Positions 50,637 to 60,031 of a stretch of 63,740 nt of DNA are shown piece by piece (within the stretch, counting starts at the first letter, position 1; each line of letters opens with the position of its first letter). Origin of the DNA: an uncultured virus (IMG/VR IMGVR_UViG_3300020183_000016) (lineage: Duplodnaviria; Heunggongvirae; Uroviricota; Caudoviricetes). The position numbers and the translations under genes were made by a program. The stretch is from positions 62,001-125,740 of IMG/VR virus record IMGVR_UViG_3300020183_000016; one strand, given 5' to 3'. Under the pieces are notes generated by a model, which did not search any database, was not told where the DNA came from, and saw only the letters and a program-made list of their open reading frames with translations.

Positions 50637-52610
50637 ATGAGAAAGACTATTAAAAAAATTTTAAGAGAATATAAAACAATTTTAGAAAATCAGGATATGG
50701 TATCTTCTATTTTAAATGTTATTTATTGTAAAGATATTAAATATTCTGATAATAGAAGTTATGGTACAAAGGGTTGGACACAAAAAAATTTAAAAAAAAG
50801 TAATGGAAATTTTCCACCTCTTATAAAAAGAGATGATCAAATAGATAAGATGTGCAATTGTTGTGCCGATGGAAAATATATTAGGGATATTAAATGTGAA
50901 GATGCATATATAGAACATTTAAGAAAGCATGATTTTACAACAAAGAACTTTTTATGGTATAAAAAAAATTGTGACACTAAAAAACAAAAAGAACAAAAGA
51001 CTAAAAAACAAAAAGAACAAAATCCGAATAGAAAAATAAGTATACTTAATGACACATCAATAACTATTGTAGAAGATGATTTAACTTATAAATTACCACC
51101 CCCTCCTTCACCGCCAGATCCTAATTTTATGCTATCATTAATGGGTAATATTGTGCAAGAATCTTTTGATTTTTTAAAACCACATGAATATGCTTGGATA
51201 ATGAGTGAATTTGTTAAATTTGATGAGGAAAAGCCTAAATGGTGGGATTTATTGGGTAAGGCAAAAAGATACGCTAGAAATAAAGTGCTTGACTGGACAA
51301 ATTTTTTATCTTGGGATATTATGTTAGAAGTAGATGATTTTTCTATAAAATATGGTGTCACTAAAGAAGGTACAAGTCAAGGAAATGTATATATAAGTAT
51401 GAAGATTGCCATAAATAATGGTGTTAAAAGAATTGCGACAATTAGAGTGGAGAGTGAATGTAAAGCAAAAATAGAATTAGTAGATAATATTTTTAATTGT
51501 GTAATAACAGATTATGCTTTATACGGAGATGTAGTTTCAATGTTTGATTTTAAATTAAGTATGGGTAGTAGTAATATTTTACACATTACTAAAGGCGATT
51601 ACATTGATATACCGATAGATTTAAATGAATACATTAAATTAGATTTTGAATACGAAATTCCTATACCTTCATATATGTCATTTAATGTAAGTATTCCTGA
51701 AAATGAAAAAATTTTGTACGGTTCTTTAACTAAAGGAAGTAAAAAAATTGAAGTTACAAACGAAAGCACTTTATTTTCTTCATTTATAGAAATTTCTAAT
51801 ACTCCACCAAAAATAAATGAAAGTAACAAAAGACATTTATCTTCCATAAAACAAAAATTTAGTGATAAAATATTTAAAATTATAAATGAACAGGACAATG
51901 TCATTGAAAAAACTAATAATGTTCAAATGATGATTAATTTTAATATAGTGCAAAAAATATTAAACCATATAGGATCAATAACTTTTAAACATAAAGTATC
52001 GGATTTTGTTGATAGTAGTTTAATAGATGAAAGATTAAACATTGTCTGGGATAAAATAAAAGATAATGATGTAATTTTAACTATTAGTAATTTATACACG
52101 TACAATATTTCAAGTAGTTTAATAGGGTTATCTGGTGTTGCAACAATAAAGTCACAACCACTATTTGTAATTAAAAAAACAAACGGTAACATTTTAGGTT
52201 ATGATATAGACATCAGTTTAGATTCAAATAATTTGGTACAAAAAAACATACCATTTAGCTCTACAATATATGTTAAAAATGAAGGTACAATAATAAAGAT
52301 GGGTATGGGTAGTTTAAAATTAAATATCCATAAATTTTTTAAATTAGGTATAAAAGAAAAAAGTGATCAATTAGACGCAGAATTCGATTTCATCCCAAAT
52401 GCGAAAGATAGTGAAATAACGTACCCTACTGGTGAGAAATCACCGTTTAAATTAGAGTTCCCTATACCCCCGATTAAAAAAGAAGAAATAGATATAACTT
52501 TTGGTGGCAATAAAAGAAGTGTAATCATACAACCATCGAACCAATATCAAATAACTCTTACTGAAAGTTTAGTAAGTAGTCTTACACAAGTTAAATTAGA
52601 AACTATTTAA
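50637..52610 (+). CDS. Large hypothetical protein
   Basis: 657 aa; IKKILRE..ILENQ leader, repeated internally as KINE..IINEQ; short TKKQKEQ duplication. Confidence 0.75.
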   Translation: MRKTIKKILREYKTILENQDMVSSILNVIYCKDIKYSDNRSYGTKGWTQKNLKKSNGNFPPLIKRDDQIDKMCNCCADGKYIRDIKCEDAYIEHLRKHDFTTKNFLWYKKNCDTKKQKEQKTKKQKEQNPNRKISILNDTSITIVEDDLTYKLPPPPSPPDPNFMLSLMGNIVQESFDFLKPHEYAWIMSEFVKFDEEKPKWWDLLGKAKRYARNKVLDWTNFLSWDIMLEVDDFSIKYGVTKEGTSQGNVYISMKIAINNGVKRIATIRVESECKAKIELVDNIFNCVITDYALYGDVVSMFDFKLSMGSSNILHITKGDYIDIPIDLNEYIKLDFEYEIPIPSYMSFNVSIPENEKILYGSLTKGSKKIEVTNESTLFSSFIEISNTPPKINESNKRHLSSIKQKFSDKIFKIINEQDNVIEKTNNVQMMINFNIVQKILNHIGSITFKHKVSDFVDSSLIDERLNIVWDKIKDNDVILTISNLYTYNISSSLIGLSGVATIKSQPLFVIKKTNGNILGYDIDISLDSNNLVQKNIPFSSTIYVKNEGTIIKMGMGSLKLNIHKFFKLGIKEKSDQLDAEFDFIPNAKDSEITYPTGEKSPFKLEFPIPPIKKEEIDITFGGNKRSVIIQPSNQYQITLTESLVSSLTQVKLETI

Positions 52611-53065
52611 AAAATATTTGTTTTTTTGATTTATTGTTCTTATTTTTGTAAAAAAACATTATGGGAACACCACAAATCATTATTTTAGTATTATTTTCTT
52701 TAGGTTTATTGTCTGCCGCACATTTACATGGTAAAGAAAGAACTCCTCATAATTTTTGGGTTGTTTTAATTGCCGTTTTTATTTATGTATCTATTTTAAT
52801 GTGGGGAGGATTTTTTAATTAAAATATTATGTATAAAAGAACAGTAGAGGACATTGAACGTGACTTATACATGGCTCAGTTCAATGTAAAAAGATGTCAA
52901 TACAATGACCATTTATTTGATATGGAAAAATGGGAATATGAAGTTGATTTACTTAAAGAAGAATTAGAAAAAGTTAAAAATGAAACTAATTAAGAAAAAT
53001 AAGGGTGGTATAATCTTTATGATGGTGAAATTAGATTCTGACGGATGTTTAATACTTAGAAGAAT

Positions 53066-53758
53066 ATGAAAAAGAAAATTACATTTATTAGTGATACCCA
53101 CACTAAACATTTACAGATAAAAGATTTTCTAACTGGTGGGGATATTCTAATTTGTAGTGGTGATATATCTAGTAGAGGTTATATTACTGAAATAGAAAAT
53201 TTTATTAGGTGGTATGATGAAATAAATAATTACGATACCAAAATATTTATTGCGGGTAATCACGATTTTGGTTTTCAAGATAATCACGATAATATTAAAG
53301 GGAAATTAACAGGTTATAAAACTGTTGAGTATCTTCAAGATGAAAGAATTGATCTTTGGGATCAAGAAGATCAACAATTAGTTATTTATGGTTCACCTTG
53401 GCAACCTGAGTTCCGTAGTTGGGCATTTAATCTACCTAGAGGTGAAAAAATTAAAGAGAAGTGGGATATGATTCCACGTGATACCGATATTTTAATTACA
53501 CACGGTCCACCATACGGTAAATTAGATTATGTGTATTATGATAATTTAAATGTTGGTTGTGAGGAACTATTAAAAGTGGTGGAAGAAATAAAACCTAAAA
53601 TACATGTGTTTGGGCATATTCACGAAGGGTATGGTTATGTATTCGATGGTAACACTCATTATATTAATGCGGCAGTATTAAATGGTAGATATGAATTTAG
53701 AAACAAACCAGTTAATGTTGAGTGGGACATGATAACCAATGAAATAGAATTTTTATGA
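53066..53758 (+). CDS. Calcineurin-like metallophosphoesterase
   Basis: ISDTH, SGD, AGNHD, LITHGPP, FGHIHE. Confidence 0.9.
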   Translation: MKKKITFISDTHTKHLQIKDFLTGGDILICSGDISSRGYITEIENFIRWYDEINNYDTKIFIAGNHDFGFQDNHDNIKGKLTGYKTVEYLQDERIDLWDQEDQQLVIYGSPWQPEFRSWAFNLPRGEKIKEKWDMIPRDTDILITHGPPYGKLDYVYYDNLNVGCEELLKVVEEIKPKIHVFGHIHEGYGYVFDGNTHYINAAVLNGRYEFRNKPVNVEWDMITNEIEFL

Positions 53759-54063
53759 AATCAATAAATCAAATATTCAAAACGAACAATTCACTTATGG
53801 AAGAACCAGAAGTAGTTGAATTAATTGATTATTGTAAAGATTTAGAAGATGAGGTTGTCGAGTATAAACAAAAAAATGATCAAACTATAATTTTAAAACA
53901 ACTTATTTCTGAAATTAATAAAAGTTGTTTTGAATTATTAGAAGATGATAAAAGGGCTGAAAGGTGGGAAGGTGATTTTGATAAGGTTGATTTTAAAGAA
54001 TCTATTATTAATTTAAGAGAGTATATAATAAAATATTGTTTAGATAATAAAATAAATTTATGA
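53755..54063 (+). CDS. Hypothetical protein, paralog of 25217..25531
   Basis: Shared PEV.ELIDY..LE motif. Confidence 0.7.
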   Translation: MKSINQIFKTNNSLMEEPEVVELIDYCKDLEDEVVEYKQKNDQTIILKQLISEINKSCFELLEDDKRAERWEGDFDKVDFKESIINLREYIIKYCLDNKINL

Positions 54064-54497
54064 ATAAGTATAGAATATATTTAGATGACATTAGGACACC
54101 TGTTAGTCCTAATAATGAATGGATTGATGGTTTTGAGGAATGGACAGTTGTACGTTCCTATGAAGAATTTGTCCAAAAAGTAAATTCATTAGGACTAAAG
54201 AATATTGAATTAATTTCATTGGATCACGATTTAGGTGATTCGGCAATGCAGGAATGGCATTATGGTGTAGTTAAAAACTATACGATTAATTACGATAACA
54301 TCACCGAAAAAACTGGATATGATTGTGCCAAATGGTTGGTTAATCAATGGATGGATGGTAAACCAGTTGTTAGGGTGGTAACTCATTCGGCAAACGCAAT
54401 TGGTAGTGCCAACATTATGGGTTACATAAATAATTACTTACACTTAAATAGATTACCACAAGATTGTGTAAGAGTACAAATAGAACATACAGTTTAA
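54060..54497 (+). CDS. Cyclic-phosphate-processing receiver-like domain protein
   Basis: IYLDDIRTP, ISLDHDLG, KTGYDCAKWL, THSAN. Confidence 0.8.
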   Translation: MNKYRIYLDDIRTPVSPNNEWIDGFEEWTVVRSYEEFVQKVNSLGLKNIELISLDHDLGDSAMQEWHYGVVKNYTINYDNITEKTGYDCAKWLVNQWMDGKPVVRVVTHSANAIGSANIMGYINNYLHLNRLPQDCVRVQIEHTV

Positions 54498-54498
54498 T

Positions 54499-55059
54499 AT
54501 GAAAGTAATATTTTTAGATCACGATGGAGTGATATGTTTATCCCAACAATGGGGTGGACGATATAAGAAAAAAGGTTATGATTCAAATACTGAAACTCCT
54601 TTAGATATCAGAATGGATAGTTTTGATGAAAAGGCGGTTAAAGTTCTTAATAATATTATTGAAGAAACTGGTTGTGAATTAGTTATTAGTTCTGATTGGA
54701 AAAGATGGGGTACATTGGAACAAATGAAGGAAATGTACGAAACAAGAGGTATTAAACAACCTATTGATTTAACCCCAATGATACAAAATTGTACTGCACA
54801 CAGTAACACATTTATATGGTCACCGAGATGGGATTCAGAACAAACTAGAGTTCTTGAAATTAATCAGTATCTACACGATCACCCCGAAATAACTCATTGG
54901 GTTGCCATTGATGATTTAGATTTAGGTAAGAATGGTGAAGGATGGAAAGATTGGGGGTTAGATAATTTTGTACTTTGTAAAAGACCGTATAATGAAGGAA
55001 TAAAACAATTAGGTTTAAAAGAAAAGATATTAAAATTTTTAAGTGATGAGTTACTATAG
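54499..55059 (+). CDS. HAD phosphatase of the Swiss-Army-knife RNA-repair type
   Basis: IFLDHDGV, VISSDW, EI..YL, WVAIDD. Confidence 0.8.
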   Translation: MKVIFLDHDGVICLSQQWGGRYKKKGYDSNTETPLDIRMDSFDEKAVKVLNNIIEETGCELVISSDWKRWGTLEQMKEMYETRGIKQPIDLTPMIQNCTAHSNTFIWSPRWDSEQTRVLEINQYLHDHPEITHWVAIDDLDLGKNGEGWKDWGLDNFVLCKRPYNEGIKQLGLKEKILKFLSDELL

Positions 55060-55309
55060 AATTAAAATTGAGGAATTAAAGGATGGTGAGACAAAATATA
55101 TACCACAAAAAGGTTATTTAATAACTCGTAGAAGTTTTTTACAAAGTAAATCTGAAATAAGGTGGGAAAATATGTTTTGTGGTTCATTTAGTAGTGAATC
55201 TCTCGCATTGGAAAGGATAGAGTTAGATAAAAAATTGGAAGAACAAAAAAAAGGTAAAGAAATATTAAAAACGACATATAAAATAATTGATGCGGGTTAT
55301 TTACTTTAA
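55043..55309 (+). CDS. Hypothetical protein
   Basis: 88-aa ORF. Confidence 0.55.
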   Translation: MMSYYRIKIEELKDGETKYIPQKGYLITRRSFLQSKSEIRWENMFCGSFSSESLALERIELDKKLEEQKKGKEILKTTYKIIDAGYLL

Positions 55310-55484
55310 AATTAAAAATTAGTATTTTTATTAAAAAATCAATTGAAATTGTTAAGGAAATTGAAAGGATTTTAGATAAAATGGGTGAAGAAATAATAGA
55401 AAATAATGACCCCGAAAAAATGTCTGAAGTTGTAAATAACTACCAACATTATAAAGAAATATTAAAAAAACAAAATAAAAATAT

Positions 55485-55745
55485 ATGAGTAAGGCAAATT
55501 TAGAATTTGATTTAACAGATTTCGATGATAGAATGGAATTCGAAAGATTTAATAAATCCACCGATATGGCAATGGTATTGTGGGAAATGGTTTATAATAC
55601 TAAAAAAAAATTATATTATAAATTTGAGGATATGGAAGAAAAAGGTGAAAAACCAACCCCATATGACGGTGTTGATTCATTTTTAGAATGTTTAATTGAA
55701 GAATTAAATGATAGGGGTATTATAATAGATAAATTAATTGTTTAA
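55485..55745 (+). CDS. Hypothetical protein
   Basis: 86-aa ORF. Confidence 0.6.
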   Translation: MSKANLEFDLTDFDDRMEFERFNKSTDMAMVLWEMVYNTKKKLYYKFEDMEEKGEKPTPYDGVDSFLECLIEELNDRGIIIDKLIV

Positions 55746-55842
55746 TATGAAAACATTAAAAAAAATAATAAAGTATATTAATTTTTTGGAAAAAGAAAAA
55801 ATTAATTCTATGATTTATTGTGGAAGAAATTTTAATTAAGAT

Positions 55843-56124
55843 ATGAGTGATTTTTTATTAGTCTGTAAAGAAATTTCTGAAAGGTTATCTAACCTACCAT
55901 ACGATAATGGAGATTCTTCCGATATAGGGAATGAGATAGGAATTGTTTTAGGACTTTTCTTGTCTGAAGGTTCTTTTGGTTGGGAGGAAGATGATTTTAT
56001 CTCTGGTATAAAACACGGTATAGATTTAAAAAAGAATCAAGAATTTTATTTATCTGAAATGATGAAGAAAGATCAAGAAAACGGATTATACGATAATTTA
56101 GATGGATTTGACAAAGATAAATAA
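55843..56124 (+). CDS. Hypothetical protein
   Basis: 93-aa ORF. Confidence 0.6.
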   Translation: MSDFLLVCKEISERLSNLPYDNGDSSDIGNEIGIVLGLFLSEGSFGWEEDDFISGIKHGIDLKKNQEFYLSEMMKKDQENGLYDNLDGFDKDK

Positions 56125-56149
56125 AATTATTAACTTTAAATAAAAAAAT

Positions 56150-56530
56150 ATGATGACTAATGAACAAATGAATGAATTTTTAGTTTCCATTGGGGGATTA
56201 GAAAACGGTTTTTATTCGGATAGACAACCCATTACTGATTGTAACTTTTTTGATGTAAATAATGGTTGGTTTGAATTGATAAAAGAATTAATTGAAGATT
56301 TAATATCTTTAGGTTGGGATAAACAAACCTGTCAAGTTAAAGAAAAATTTGGTGGACTTAGATTTTATATTAATGGTGGAACTGATGAAATCTTTAATAG
56401 AATAATTGAGGCAGAAAGAAAGAGTTATGAGATATGTGAAGAAACGGGAAAACCTGGTAAATTAAGAACAGATCTTGGTTGGCACAGAACTCTTTGTGAT
56501 GAAGAATATGAAAAATTTAAAAATAGATAA
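56150..56530 (+). CDS. Conserved phage protein (QVKEKFGGLRFY family)
   Basis: GWFELI..QVKEKFGGLRFY..AE..S..ICE..G.PG..GW..TLC. Confidence 0.7.
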   Translation: MMTNEQMNEFLVSIGGLENGFYSDRQPITDCNFFDVNNGWFELIKELIEDLISLGWDKQTCQVKEKFGGLRFYINGGTDEIFNRIIEAERKSYEICEETGKPGKLRTDLGWHRTLCDEEYEKFKNR

Positions 56531-56531
56531 A

Positions 56532-56804
56532 ATGAAATATAGAAAAAAACCAGTAGAAATTGAAGCGGTACAATGGGTATCTGATAACATTGAACAAGTT
56601 TATGAAATGTTAGGTGATAACTTAATAATAGGCGGCGATGAAAATGATTTAAAACATTTCATTAATACGTTAGAAGGTGAAATGGAATTGTCTTGGGGTG
56701 ATTATGTCATCAAAGGAGTTAAAGGCGAATTTTATCCTTGCAAACCAGATATTTTTGAATTAACATACGAAATAGTAGAAAAAACAAATGAAATTGGAAT
56801 ATAG
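56532..56804 (+). CDS. Conserved small phage protein (KKPVxIEA...YPCKPDIF family)
   Basis: YRKKPVEIEAVQW..TLEG..GDYVIKGVKGEFYPCKPDIF; start moved to ATG 56532. Confidence 0.75.
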   Translation: MKYRKKPVEIEAVQWVSDNIEQVYEMLGDNLIIGGDENDLKHFINTLEGEMELSWGDYVIKGVKGEFYPCKPDIFELTYEIVEKTNEIGI

Positions 56805-57078
56805 ATTTATAAACAGATACAGTAACGAAATACTTTTCATTAGGGAAGGTGATTCTTTCGAAATGAAGGGTGGTGATTACTACAGATATCTATTCAATGT
56901 GGACGATGAAGGTAATTTTTTAAATTACGATGCGATTGATCCATCTGGTGGTCCTTATATTAGTGTTGGGATGGATATGGAATATATACACGAAGACTTA
57001 AAAGGTTTAGTTATTGAATCCATAGAAAGAAATAAGGAAGGTAATGAAAAAATAATATTAAAAACGAAATTATTATGA
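56788..57078 (+). CDS. Hypothetical protein
   Basis: IDPSGGPYI motif; operon-packed. Confidence 0.65.
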   Translation: MKLEYRFINRYSNEILFIREGDSFEMKGGDYYRYLFNVDDEGNFLNYDAIDPSGGPYISVGMDMEYIHEDLKGLVIESIERNKEGNEKIILKTKLL

Positions 57079-57461
57079 CATACGAAGAATTTTTAAGTAT
57101 ATTAATGTCTTACAAAAAGTTAAATGAAGACTTTACAGAATTATACCAAATGGGATTTGATTTTTTAGAAGGTAAATATAAGTTAGAAGAAGGTGTATCT
57201 AGGATGTTAGATAGTATTTTATCTTCACATTACACAGAAGAAGGTGTTGATTGGATTAATTGGTTTATGTTTGATAGTGATTGGGGTACTAGAGATTGGA
57301 GTAGATTGCCTGTATATGATACATCAGGTAAATTAATTCACGACGCGGATTCAATGAAGGCGTATGGTGCGAAAGATGAGAATGATAACCCTATATGTTT
57401 TTCATTTGAATCCACATATGAGTATACGAAACAATATTTAAAAAATAAAAAAGATGAATAG
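57075..57461 (+). CDS. Hypothetical protein
   Basis: 128-aa ORF. Confidence 0.65.
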   Translation: MTYEEFLSILMSYKKLNEDFTELYQMGFDFLEGKYKLEEGVSRMLDSILSSHYTEEGVDWINWFMFDSDWGTRDWSRLPVYDTSGKLIHDADSMKAYGAKDENDNPICFSFESTYEYTKQYLKNKKDE

Positions 57462-58056
57462 ATTAGAATTAACAGACGAACAACTTTGGTTGGTTCAACA
57501 GGCATTAGATTTTTATTCTAGGGTAGGTATCGGTCAATTTACTGTAATTAAAGATCACCCAACATTTGAAAGATATTTGGAAGAAGTGTGTAGACCTGTT
57601 AAAGATCCTGAAGTTGGTGATAGAACGTCACAAGGTGAAATATTAGAAATTAAAGATGGTAAGGCATTAATTAATGGTTCTGTAAGTAAAGAAACTGGAC
57701 ATTGGTGTGAAGAAAAAGAATGGAAACCAATTAAAGAAGTTAAATTAAGTACAGATTATTCTAAGTATCATAGATTGAGGGATAATGTAGATATGATGTT
57801 GATACAACCTCGTAATGTTTTAATAAACGATACAACTATGAATAGTAATGGTTCTTGGGGTATTCATCATCCATCTGTTGATGATAGTTGTAGGATGGCG
57901 TTTGATATGGTACAAGTTATAAGACACGAAAGGTGGAAGAAAAATCCTAATAGAAATACTATGACAGTTGATTCTCATACACATTTTACACACAGAAAGG
58001 ATAATTCATCTAATAAAATTAAATGTGAATTAAATGTAGAAGATGAAAATAAATAA
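57454..58056 (+). CDS. Hypothetical protein
   Basis: 200-aa ORF. Confidence 0.7.
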   Translation: MNRLELTDEQLWLVQQALDFYSRVGIGQFTVIKDHPTFERYLEEVCRPVKDPEVGDRTSQGEILEIKDGKALINGSVSKETGHWCEEKEWKPIKEVKLSTDYSKYHRLRDNVDMMLIQPRNVLINDTTMNSNGSWGIHHPSVDDSCRMAFDMVQVIRHERWKKNPNRNTMTVDSHTHFTHRKDNSSNKIKCELNVEDENK

Positions 58057-58240
58057 TATTATATTTTTTTGTAGCGAATGGAGTACTTGGAATGGATTCG
58101 TCCTACATTTATTTCACTACGATGGATTTATTTTTGACAGATATTTTGATAATTCATTATTTAGTATTAATTTTAGTAAAAATTTCTTATATATAGATTT
58201 ATTTTTTATGACTTTTAAAATTTATAGTAATTTGAAATGA
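58043..58240 (+). CDS. Hypothetical protein
   Basis: 65-aa ORF. Confidence 0.5.
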   Translation: MKINNIIFFCSEWSTWNGFVLHLFHYDGFIFDRYFDNSLFSINFSKNFLYIDLFFMTFKIYSNLK

Positions 58241-58381
58241 AAAAATATGATCAACATAAAATGAAGAGAACACAGATACGTCAACAACAAGTTGAAGATG
58301 GTTTTTTTGATGGTCGTTTTGTTTCTAGATCGGAAACACCTAAAAATTTATATAGTAGAAAATTAAAACATAGAAAAAATA

Positions 58382-58708
58382 ATGGAGACAATCCAAACAT
58401 CATTTAATGATTTATATGTAGGTAAAGAATTTATCTATAAGAGTAAATACGGTAGAACCAAAGGTATAGTTAAATCAGTAAAAGTTAATACATCATTTAT
58501 TTTCGATGAAGATACACAAAATTCTTTGTCGTATATTGCGGATCATTCCGTTAAAGGTACAAAAACTTTGGAAAAACCTGTATTAAGTGGTGAAAAAAGA
58601 TACATCGCACTTCAACCACAAATCCTTATTGAGTCTACAAATGGGGTAATCTACGAATTAAAAGATTGTTATTTTTTGACTGAAGATGAAAATAAATTCG
58701 GTTTTTAA
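58382..58708 (+). CDS. Hypothetical protein
   Basis: 108-aa ORF. Confidence 0.65.
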   Translation: METIQTSFNDLYVGKEFIYKSKYGRTKGIVKSVKVNTSFIFDEDTQNSLSYIADHSVKGTKTLEKPVLSGEKRYIALQPQILIESTNGVIYELKDCYFLTEDENKFGF

Positions 58709-58791
58709 AAAATATTTGACAATTCGGTTTTTTATTTTTAACTTTGTAAAAGAAAATTAGTTCATTGACATATTGGTTATAAAGAATAAAA

Positions 58792-58870
58792 TGTTGTTCC
58801 CTTGAGAAAGGAATAGACCTTAACGAGAGTTAGGATGAAATAAAACAACACAGAGGACTTCTCATCCTCA
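58792..58870 (+). ncRNA. Kissing-loop RNA motif copy X1
   Basis: tgttgtt/aacaaca stem; loop TGAGAA complementary to loop TTCTCA of the gagga/tcctc hairpin; both ends repeated at 59223-59243 and 59641-59661. Confidence 0.55.
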
Positions 58871-58901
58871 AGTCAGGATAGATTTGTTTCTATCCTGACT
58901 A
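58871..58901 (+). ncRNA. tRNA minihelix-like element
   Basis: AGTCAGG-ATAGA-tttgtt-TCTAT-CCTGACT-A (7+5 bp); same acceptor stem as two tRNA-like RNAs. Confidence 0.55.
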
Positions 58902-58962
58902 CAATGAAGACTGTTACTAATTCATAGGACAAGACAAGTAGTAAGCGTAGAATTAGAATTTT

Positions 58963-59055
58963 AGTCAGGTGGCGGAATTGGTAGACGCTAGTTAACAGAC
59001 AGATAGATAAAAGGAATGGTTTACTATCATACAGGTTCGAATCCTGTCCTGACTA
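58963..59055 (+). tRNA. tRNA-like RNA without canonical anticodon arm
   Basis: AGTCAGG/CCTGACT acceptor; Leu-type D arm GCGGAATTGGTAGACGC; T arm ACAGG-TTCGAAT-CCTGT; no 5-bp/7-nt anticodon arm. Confidence 0.7.
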
Positions 59056-59065
59056 CTAATCCTAA

Positions 59066-59214
59066 TGCACTTAACTGACATAAGTCAGGCAGTTGTAACA
59101 ACAAGATAGACCAAAAACAGCAAACTCTTTGACTTAGAAAGGCGAGTTTAGGTAGACGTTTTGTAGTGATACAATTAAGATTAACTCTTAAGTGTTACAA
59201 CTGAGTGCAGAGGG
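59066..59214 (+). ncRNA. Structured RNA motif copy B (ORF-less)
   Basis: tgcact/agtgca and cagttgtaac/gttacaactg pairings; homologous to 45332-45655. Confidence 0.6.
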
Positions 59215-59289
59215 GTAACATGTGTTGTTGCATTGAGAAAGGAGAGTGTGGTCATAACAGTTATTTTAAGTGCAAATATATATAAAGAT

Positions 59290-59637
59290 ATGAAAAATAT
59301 AAAAACAAAAAAGGAATTAGAAACAGAAGCACTTTTGTTATATGGTGGTAATAATAAACAAAATCCACCATTTAATGTGGGTGATAAACTAAAACAAATA
59401 TGGAGAGTTGGTGATAATGACAACCTTATAAAAGACGGTAGGGGAATGGTGGAATTTGTTGGTATGAGAGGTAATATGATGTTATTGAAGACATTAAACG
59501 ATTATGCGGCACATTCGGAGGATACTATTAACCAAGATGTTGTTAAAATGTCTAAAAAAGCAGGATATAAACCTATAATTGGTGATGTTCTTCAATTACA
59601 TTATATGTATGCTGATAGATATGAGGTGGTCGGGTAA
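59290..59637 (+). CDS. Hypothetical protein nested between the halves of RNA motif X2
   Basis: 115 aa from ATG 59290; the TTG start at 59233 lies inside the RNA motif. Confidence 0.65.
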   Translation: MKNIKTKKELETEALLLYGGNNKQNPPFNVGDKLKQIWRVGDNDNLIKDGRGMVEFVGMRGNMMLLKTLNDYAAHSEDTINQDVVKMSKKAGYKPIIGDVLQLHYMYADRYEVVG

Positions 59638-59664
59638 AAAACAGAGGACTTCTCATCCTCATAA

Positions 59665-59747
59665 GCCTCGGTGGTGGAATTGGTAGTCACGCTCGGCTTA
59701 AGATCGAGTGTCCATTGGACGTGCGGGTTCAAGTCCCGCCTGAGGTA
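59665..59747 (+). tRNA. tRNA-Leu(UAA)
   Basis: GCCTCGG/CTGAGGT acceptor; CTCGG-CTTAAGA-TCGAG anticodon arm; long variable arm; GCGGG-TTCAAGT-CCCGC; no encoded CCA. Confidence 0.92.
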
Positions 59748-59748
59748 C

Positions 59749-59913
59749 AAAAGATGTTACAAACCGTAGAATGACAGACGTGGAGAGACGTGTCGAAAGG
59801 GTATACACTAAGGATAGGCGTTCAATCTTAATTGTATTGATATAAGACCCAACTCTCTAATGGTGTGTGAAGTCGAAAGACGGGATTCCTGATAAAGTCA
59901 TTTATCATCTTTT
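59749..59913 (+). ncRNA. Unknown ~165-nt structured RNA between tRNAs
   Basis: aaaagatg/catctttt and aatgac/gtcatt closing stems; gtc-gaaa-gac GNRA hairpin; GC-richer than coding DNA. Confidence 0.45.
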
Positions 59914-59917
59914 AATT

Positions 59918-59950
59918 GCGCCCGTAGATCAGTTGAATAGATCAACGGAC
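59918..59950 (+). pseudogene. 5' half of a tRNA (Arg-like), truncated at the anticodon loop
   Basis: GCGCCCG-TA-GATC-AGTTGAATA-GATC-A-ACGGA-C; no matching 3' half. Confidence 0.6.
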
Positions 59951-59952
59951 AT

Positions 59953-60024
59953 GGCTCCATAGTTAAATGGATATAACGAATCTCTTCTAAAGATTAGTTC
60001 CTAGTTCGATTCTAGGTGGGGCTA
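59953..60024 (+). tRNA. tRNA-Arg(UCU)
   Basis: GGCTCCA/TGGGGCT acceptor; AATCT-CTTCTAA-AGATT; CCTAG-TTCGATT-CTAGG; no encoded CCA. Confidence 0.9.
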
Positions 60025-60031
60025 CTAAAGT

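Noticed and set aside
59063..59216. Twister ribozyme call for motif B
   Set aside because: Only P2-flanking similarity; no P4 loop with the two pseudoknots. Kept as an unknown motif.
59181..59423. 80-aa minus-strand ORF in the RNA island
   Set aside because: Antisense to RNA motifs B/X2 and the plus-strand ORF.
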